From assembly GCA_964016885.1 (NCBI GenBank), contig OZ024742.1:283340001-283404000 (forward strand): a stretch of 64,000 nucleotides of DNA, written 5' to 3'. The translations under genes were made by a program, and so were the position numbers. This DNA comes from Eledone cirrhosa (taxonomy: Eukaryota). The notes beneath the pieces were generated by a model, which was not told the origin of the DNA, made no database searches, and saw only the letters and a list, made by a program, of their open reading frames with translations. Positions 55,457 through 64,000 of the stretch are shown one piece after another; within the stretch, counting starts at the first letter, position 1; the number at the start of each line of letters is the position of its first letter.

Positions 55457-55653
55457 TATGTATATACATATATATATACATATATATATAGTATTAGTTA
55501 TACTATTTATGGTTATGTAAATACAAAACCTTATGCAGTTATAAGTATTTTACACACACCCTAAATAGTGGTAGGCAGTAATGTATTACTACCTTATTAC
55601 CAGTAAGTTAAGTAGCTCAATGTAAAAACATCAGATGATTTACAGAGCAGTTA

Positions 55654-56672
55654 TATGAAATATAAGAATCAAAGAACTGTTCAAAACATTATTATGCTTA
55701 CAGCTGTTTCCTCCAAACCGAAGTTAAAATACAACATGAAGATAAGCGGTTATATAGTGCAAATGTTATATGTGTGACACGCATGTGCGTCTTGTTTATA
55801 TAGTGTGGCAGAGAGATATGTGTGGTAGAGGCACTTAGGTAGGTAAACAAGAGTGTTAGGTTGGTAGATCTGGTGGCAAATTATTTATATGATTGATATA
55901 GTCTGTGTGTGGAGAAATGTTATAAGCATTAAAAATAGTGCAAGCATTAAAAGTGTTAAAAGTATTGGAGATGCACAGCGAAGGGATGTCAAGTATTTCA
56001 TGTACTTCGACCTTTTCATGGTCAGGGGAGTGTATTTTTCGATTATATGCCCCTCACATAATCCACGTGAGGGGCATATAATCGAAAAATACACTCCCCT
56101 GACCATGAAAATGTCGAAGTACATGAAATACTTGACATCCCTTCGCTGTGCATCTCCAATACTTTTAACACTTTTAATGCTTGCACTATTTTTAATGCTT
56201 ATAACATTTCTCCACACACAGACTATATCAATCATATAAATAATTTGCCACCAGATCTACCAACCTAACACTCTTGTTTACCTACCTAAGTGCCTCTACC
56301 ACACATATCTCTCTGCCACACTATATAAACAAGACGCACATGCGTGCCATACATATAACATTTGCACTATATAACCGCTTATCTTCATGTTGTATTTTAA
56401 CCTGTATTTTTGATTTTTGATTGTACCTCTTAATATAAATGTAATCTCGAAGTGTGTACTGCCACTCTAAATTCTGTAATGAATGTTGACCCACAATGTT
56501 TGAATATGTATCAATGTTTGAATATGTATCGGTATGTCTCTCGGCTGAAAACGAGGTCATATAACTGTCCATGCATTAATAAATTGCTCCGAAGAATCCA
56601 AACCTCGGTTTGGAGGAAACAGCTGTAAGCACAATAATGTTTTGAACAGTTCTTTGATTCTTATATTTCATA
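55654..56672 (+). mobile_element. ~1-kb fold-back element: 335-bp near-perfect palindrome plus outer arms with hammerhead
   Basis: Inner arms 55723-56057 / 56067-56401 with a 9-nt loop; outer arms 55654-55723 / about 56602-56672. Confidence 0.92.
56585..56631 (+). ncRNA. Type I hammerhead candidate with a U4C core change
   Basis: TGCT-CCGAAGA-ATCCAAACC-TC-GGTTTGGAG-GAAAC-AGCT-GTA^AGCA. Confidence 0.65.
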
Positions 56673-56680
56673 TATTTCAT

Positions 56681-56753
<73 letters not shown>

Positions 56754-56755
<2 letters not shown>

Positions 56756-57221
56756 AAATATCTTTAAGTCGTTTGGAAGCCTCGACAATGCAAATGGATA
56801 AATCTCCGGGTAACAAGATCCGGTGGTGGAGAGAGAGATGTAAGTGGGTGTACGTTGAATATCAAAACAACAAACAGCGGAGGACGCGTTTCGCACCTTT
56901 CCGACAGACAACCTTTCCCCCGCCCCGGAAAAAATCCCCAGTTGATGGATGTGAATCCGAAATATATAGGGACAATTAAATCTCTCCCAAGGTAACTCTC
57001 TCTCGTGTTGTTATTTTTATTTTATCCTTTATACTCTTTCCTTCATTCTTCTACACATCTTATACACACCACGCATCTCAACGTACACCCACTTACATCT
57101 CTCTCTCCACCACCGGATCTTGTTACCTGGAGATTTACCCATTTGCATTGTTGAGGCTTCCAAACGACTTAAAGATATTTACCTATTATTCCACAATGCT
57201 TCAAGCAAACTTCAATACTCT

Positions 57222-57224
<3 letters not shown>
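56754..57224 (+). mobile_element. Fold-back element, 105-bp arms (56754-56858 / 57078-57182), with a degenerate hammerhead in the spacer
   Basis: Reverse-complement arms; TCCC-CAGTTGA-T-GGAT-GTGA-ATCC-GAAA-TATATA-GGGA at 56935-56972; (AT)n on both sides. Confidence 0.85.
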
Positions 57225-57289
<65 letters not shown>

Positions 57290-57311
57290 TACATTGACAA
57301 ACAAAAATATA

Positions 57312-57408
57312 CAGGGTGTCAAAAAAATGCATACACACTTTGATTACCTGTACAGGCAATATTTATTAGAATGCTGTTGAAGTGTATATACATTTTTTGG
57401 ACAACCTG
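57312..57408. mobile_element. ~97-bp Tc1-like MITE
   Basis: cagggtgtcaaaaaaatgcatacacactt / aagtgtatatacattttttggacaacctg. Confidence 0.7.
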
Positions 57409-57474
57409 TGTACATACATACATACATACATACATACATACATACATACATACATACATACATACATACATACA

Positions 57475-57505
<31 letters not shown>

Positions 57506-57643
57506 CACTGTGTACAATTGTCTCCTGTGTTTTGTTCGTTTATTTTCAACTATATATAAATATAAAGCGTTAACCTAATATATACTTTCCATATACTGTA
57601 CCGATTGTGTTGTTATTTCTGTTTACCTTTTACATACACACAC

Positions 57644-57774
<131 letters not shown>

Positions 57775-57977
57775 AAAGAAGACGCCAAAATAATTACTGC
57801 AATTAATCATACCATAACGATATGCTTGTCAATAATATTTACCCAAAGAAACAATTTCATTATCGTTTCGTTTATATTCACTTATTTTATAATCTGTATT
57901 TTTCCTTCATTTTTTTCTCTTCGTAATGTTTTTCATACATTTTTTTTTCCTCAAGTTTTTCGCTGCTGTTATCGGTG

Positions 57978-58595
<618 letters not shown>

Positions 58596-58614
58596 ATGAA
58601 TTGCATGGATGGAT

Positions 58615-58670
58615 GTTTATCATCATCAACATCATCGTCATCAACAACAATATCATCGTCATCATCATCG

Positions 58671-58701
<31 letters not shown>

Positions 58702-58713
58702 TATCATCAACAT

Positions 58714-58754
<41 letters not shown>

Positions 58755-58879
58755 TATCATCATCATTATCAATATCCCATCGACATCATCATTATCATCA
58801 TCATCATCATCATCATCATCAACATCTCATCATCATCACCATCATCATCAGCATCATCATCATCATCATCATCAACATC

Positions 58880-58910
<31 letters not shown>

Positions 58911-59250
58911 CAGCATCATCATTATCAATATCAACCTCACCATCATCATGATCATCATCATCATCATCATTATCAACATCATCATCATCCTCATCATCAT
59001 TATCAACATCTCATCATCATCATCATCATTATCAACATCATCATCATCATCATCATCATTATCAACATCATCATCATCATCATCATCATTATCAACATCA
59101 ACATCATCCTCATCATCATTATCAACATCTCATCATCATCATCATCATCCCGTCATCCTCATTATTATCATCATCATCATCATCATCAATATCTCATCAC
59201 CATCATCATCATCATCAACAACAACACCATCATCATCATCATCATTAACA
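58615..59250. repeat. (CAT)n degenerate array
   Basis: Seen directly. Confidence 0.95.
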
Positions 59251-59363
59251 TTTTCTTTCTTTCACCCGATTCCTGTGTACTTTACCCATCTCCAGCCGCC
59301 ATCTTGTAACTAAACTGGCTTTCTCTACATCCAATGTCCCCGCGGCAAATAAAAGAAATCATT

Positions 59364-59790
59364 ATTGGCAGTATCGGTAGAGCGTCAGCGGACACCATGC
59401 TGTGTAGCATAGAGTTATGGCCCTTTACACTCTGAGTTGAAATCCCGCCGAGGTTAGCTTTGCCTTTCGTCCTTACAGAGTCGATAAAATAAAGTACCAG
59501 TAACGAACTAGGGTCGTTTTAATCGACTTTCCCCTCTCGCAAAATTGCTGGCCTTGTGCCTAAATCTGAAACTATTATTGGCAGTATCGGTTGAGCGTCG
59601 GCGGATACCTTGTTGTGCAGCATAGAGTTACGGCCCTTTACATTCTGAGTTCAAATCCCGCCGAGGTTAGCTTTGCCTTTCATCCTTACAGGGTCGATAA
59701 AATAAAGTACCAGTAATGCACTCTGGTCGATTTAATCGACTTTCCCCTCCCCAAAAATTGCTGGCCTTGTGCCAAAAGTAAAAACAATTA
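59364..59790 (+). mobile_element. Two tandem short-tail SINEs
   Basis: Each runs attggcagtatcggt...gagttcaaatcccgccgagg...ggccttgtgcc. Confidence 0.85.
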
Positions 59791-59794
59791 TTGG

Positions 59795-61010
59795 TGCTAT
59801 TGCTAATGCTGTTGTTGTTATTACTGCTGCAGTGCTGATGTTGTTGATGATGATGATGGTGATATTATTGTTGTAATTGGTGTTACTGTTCTTCTTAATA
59901 TTGATATTGTTGTTGTAGTTGTTGTTATTGCTGCTGGTGGTGTTGTTGATGCTGTTGTTGTTGTTGTTGTTATTGTTGCATTGCTGTTATCGAAGTTATT
60001 GTTGTAGTGGTGGTAGTTGTTATTGGTGATGGTGTTGTTATTGTTATTGTTGTAGTAGTTGTTGTTGTTGTTGTTTTTGTTGTGTCAGTTTTCGTTATTG
60101 GTGATGGTGTTGTTGCTGTAGTTGTTGTTATTGTTGTGTTGTTGTTATTGAAGTTATTGTTGTAGTGGCAGCTGTTATTGGTGATGGTGTTGTTATTGTT
60201 GTGTTGTTATTGAAGTTATTGTTGTAGTGGCAGCTGTTATTGGTGATGGTGTTGTTGCTGTAGTTGTTGTTATTGTTGTGTTGTTATTGATGTTATTGTT
60301 GTAGTGGCAGTTGTTATTGGTGATGGTGTTGTTGCTGTAGTTGTTGTTATTGTTGTGTTGTTGTAGTGGCAGCTGTTATTGGAGATGGTGTTGTTAGTGT
60401 TGTCGTTGTAGTTGTTGTTGTTATTGCTGTTGTGATTGTTGATGTTGTTGTTGTAGTTATTATCGTTATGCTGTTGATGTCGTTGTTGTAGTTGTTATTG
60501 TTGTGTTGTTATTGAAGTTATTGTTGTAGTAGCAGTTGTTATTGGTGATGGTGTTGTTATTGTTGTCGTTGTAGTTGTTGTTGTTATTGCTGTTGTGGTT
60601 GTTGTTGTTGTAGTTGTTATTATTGTTGTGTTGTTGTTATTGAAGTTATTGTTGTAGTGGCAGTGGCCGTTATTTGCCATGGTGTTGTTGATGTTGCTGT
60701 TGTAGTTGTTATTGTTGTTGTGTTGTTGTTATTGTTGTCGTTGTAGTTGTTGTTGTTATTGCTGTTGTGATTGTTGATGTTGTTGTTGTAGTTGTTATCG
60801 TTATAATGTTGATGTCGTTGTTGTAGTTGTTGTTATTGTTGTGTTGTTGTTATTGTTGTAGTAGCAGTGGCCGTTATTGGTGATGGTGTTGTTGTTGTTG
60901 CTGTTGAGATTGTTGTTGTTTTTTAACTGTGCTTTTACCTCTTTAAATTGTTGCGGTTGCTTTGTTGCTGTTATTGGTGTTGTTATTGTTATTGGTGTTG
61001 CTATTGTCTA
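59795..61010. repeat. (GTT/GTA/GAT)n degenerate array
   Basis: Seen directly. Confidence 0.9.
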
Positions 61011-62318
61011 TTTTTTTTTTTTTTTTTACTTTGATTATTTCTGTGTGCACGTATATGTGCGAATATATGCATGTGTATATGTGCGTCTATGCTTGTGTGC
61101 ATGTGTTTTTTATGCCTGTGAGTATGTGTATCTTTCTGTGCATATCTATGTGAGCAAGCATGTGTTTAGACGTGTATGTGAATACATGTGTATTTATGTA
61201 TGTGCGTATGTCGGCATATGTATATATATAGATGCTTGTGTCTATACATAGATGCGTGTGTATATCTTCATGCGTGTATGAGTGAATCTGTGTATGCGTT
61301 TGTGTATTTATGCGCGCATTTACGCATGTGTCGGTGTATGTCTGTATGTGTAAGTGTGTGTGCCTGTGCATTTGTAAGTGTTCGTATGTATGTATACATG
61401 TATGTGTATGCCTGAGTTGTTTTGTATTATAGATATTGATTGAATATCGACCAGCCAATCCCGCTTTGATTTTTATTTAAGTTACTGCAAAGCACAGAAA
61501 AAAATACGTAAGAGAGAGAGAAAAGAAGTATAAAACAAAAGGTAAAGAGTAAGCAAATAGATACAAATAAAAACAAAACAATGGATAAATAACCCAAAAG
61601 AAAAACACATCAACAACAAAAATTTACATAGAAAAGAATGAGTTAATATTTAATAAGTTTAATGTGACAAAATGGAGAGTAATAAGGATATAAATATTTG
61701 TTCTTTGTATACATATGTGTGTGTGTGTATGTATGTATATATTTTCCCTCGCTCTCGAGTGTTACTGGTAACATGTAACCCAGTACAACCTGTCTCATGG
61801 TCGGGTCCTCGACGACTAAACCGGCAACCCCACCAAGCTTGGTGAGGAGGGTGATATTTGGACACCCTGCGGGATGAAATACAAGACTAGGCAAAGGGTG
61901 GAGGAACTCAGCAGAGTCAACGGCCATCCAAATAGATCTTTTCTTTTTTTTTTTTTTTTTTTTACCTGGGAGTGAAAGGCTCCCACTTGTTGACAGAACA
62001 CCTTTCTAAGAGAGGGAAACTCTGGGAAAAAACCTGTGGCTTCGGAAGCATCAGATGATGTTGACCAGTTCTCCTTACCGGATAGTGTTTTCGATGCTCA
62101 GAGAGTGGGATTGGTCGAGTGCAAGGCCTTTCCCCACTTAAAAAAACATTCAAAGTATAGGCATTGCTTGTTCAGGATCTGTTACAGGTTCGTGTGGCTG
62201 GCCGTAGTCTAAAAGTGCACCATTTTCTGTAACCTGACAAGCAATTGCAATACTCTTAGCAGATTTTGCAGCCATCATATATATATATATATAAATATAT
62301 ATATATATAAATATATAT

Positions 62319-62404
<86 letters not shown>

Positions 62405-62407
<3 letters not shown>

Positions 62408-62614
62408 TCCCAGGTTCAATCGTGGGTAACCACAGTAAGTAAGGTACTCAGTACATAGTAGAGTATATACAAGATTTAATATAGAAATGGCTTCTACAGA
62501 ACTAGAACTGTTATATTCGAAGGAAATCATTAGGCAATCATCAGGAAAGTCCTGATGATTTCCTTCGAATGAAACAGTTCTAGTCCTGTAGAAGCCATTT
62601 CTATATTAAATCTT
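62405..62614. mobile_element. Fold-back element, hairpin 62471-62614, with hammerhead core; related fragment at 14185-14230
   Basis: Right arm CTGATGA-TTTCCTTCGAAT-GAAAC-AGTTCTAGTC; the left arm is its reverse complement. Confidence 0.8.
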
Positions 62615-62639
62615 ACACACACACACACACACACACACA

Positions 62640-63860
62640 TTAGTATAGATATGTAATAAATGACTGATAAATTTCAGAAAGCCGGTACACTGTGGTAGAA
62701 ACATATAAAGGGCAAAGGATAATAAACAAAACAAAACAAAGTCATGTTTTATCCAGTATATTTCAACATGGTATTTCAGGGCTAATACCTCCTTTTCAAA
62801 TGTAAAACGAAAACGGTTGAAAACAAAAACGAACGATCGATGCTCTCTTCTAATCGGTCTAAGCGTCTAAAATACGCATGCGTGGAGCCAATATAGTAGC
62901 CAATCCGCTTCGTACATGTCCAATCTATTATTTATTTGTGGCTTTTTCTTGTTGATGATAATGGCCTCTTTGATTCTTAAATTTCCCACATTTTTTTCCG
63001 TCGCCTCTGTGGTGATCTCAATGTCCCAGCTGCGGCATTTATCAAGATTTTGTTTAACAGACGCCCTCGTTGTTATGTGTTCATTAATCCGTATGTGCAG
63101 CATCCGAACGGTACTTCCGATGCATGAGGGGCCATATTATTTACATGTGACCTAGGCCACATACGCTCTCAGACACACTTCTGCATTGATGATGGGACAG
63201 CTAGGAAGTGTGCACATATTGTATGCAGATCAGTATCTGTAGAGTAGTTTCCTCAATAATGGTCCTGAGTGTGCCAGCTGTATATTCAGGCCCTCCCTAC
63301 GGATGGTTTGTCTGATGGTAGCAGTCGTCTGCTCATTGAAATGCGACAGCTTTAGGTAGCGTGCGTTCTCTTTGTTCTTTTAAGTGTTGCTGTCTTGGCA
63401 TTTCAGTGTTTTGTGAGAGAAATAGGGTAGCGGTTCTAGGTGAGAACTCTCTGGAATTCCACCAGGCTGGTATGTTTGTCATTATCCTCACTGCATCTGA
63501 TGTGCATCCGGCAAATCTCATTCTGTATTTATATATTGGCTCTGTAGGGAAGGGAAGAAATATGGTGCATAAAAATGGCTTTACATGCATCCTACTTGTC
63601 AAATTTGGTGTACATGGATCCCTCTTCTGTGACTCTTAGTGTAAAGTCGAGTAAAGAGAGGGATCCATTAGTGTCTGAGTGCTCAACATCAAAATCACAT
63701 GTATATATACGTTTTCGAAGACGTTGTAAATTTTGACAGCTTCTTCGCGTGATGAAGTGAACGTCAGGATATCATCCATATACCTGGAGAAGAAGGAGCA
63801 CGAGAGGCAGGTGGTGAGTGTTGTGCGCTCCAACTGGTCTATGTACATGATGGACGTAGA
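62640..63860 (-). mobile_element. Second Penelope-like element, decayed
   Basis: FFSRYMDDIL (RT); IGSTVRMLHIRINEH...RIKEAIIINKKKPQIN (GIY-YIG); degenerate hammerhead-like motif near 62770-62800. Confidence 0.8.
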
Positions 63861-63862
63861 GT

Positions 63863-64000
63863 CTTCTTCTTCTTCTTCATCTTCTTCACCCACTTATTCC
63901 TAGAAGGATCGTGGGGGCAGAGCCCTCAAATACGCCATTCAGTGGGTCTTTTGGGAAGCAACCATTTCCAACAGAACTAGCAGGATTCCCAAGCGAATCC
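63863..64000 (-). mobile_element. 3' end of an RTE LINE (same family as 31900-33776)
   Basis: Reverse complement matches 33525-33660, including the (GAA)n tail. Confidence 0.85.

Noticed and set aside
55885-56239. Pair of nearly identical 116-aa ORFs on opposite strands
   Set aside because: A consequence of the DNA palindrome; no recognisable protein.

Overview
Repeat-dense, AT-rich animal DNA. The SINE types and (AT)n load suggest a cephalopod such as Octopus; this is inference. The only host gene I can support is on the + strand: a probable first coding exon (767-1261) and a 102-nt ankyrin-repeat exon (51453-51554). They join in phase 0 across a ~50.2-kb intron and resemble the N-terminus of the TRPN/NompC mechanotransduction channel. 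The intron holds two Penelope-like elements (PLEs), a near-full-length L1/Tx1 LINE, RTE, CRE and R4/Dong fragments, tRNA-derived SINEs, MITEs and large mini/microsatellite arrays. The most striking pattern is a set of short non-coding fold-back (inverted-repeat) elements from several unrelated sequence families, usually embedded in (AT)n. Many carry minimal type I hammerhead ribozyme motifs; two look complete (36928-36970, 39192-39246). The inversion or deletion breakpoints repeatedly fall in or next to the ribozyme. This suggests a population of PLE-terminal-repeat-derived, ribozyme-bearing hairpin elements. All calls were made by eye; no alignment, folding or database search was run, and repeat boundaries are approximate.
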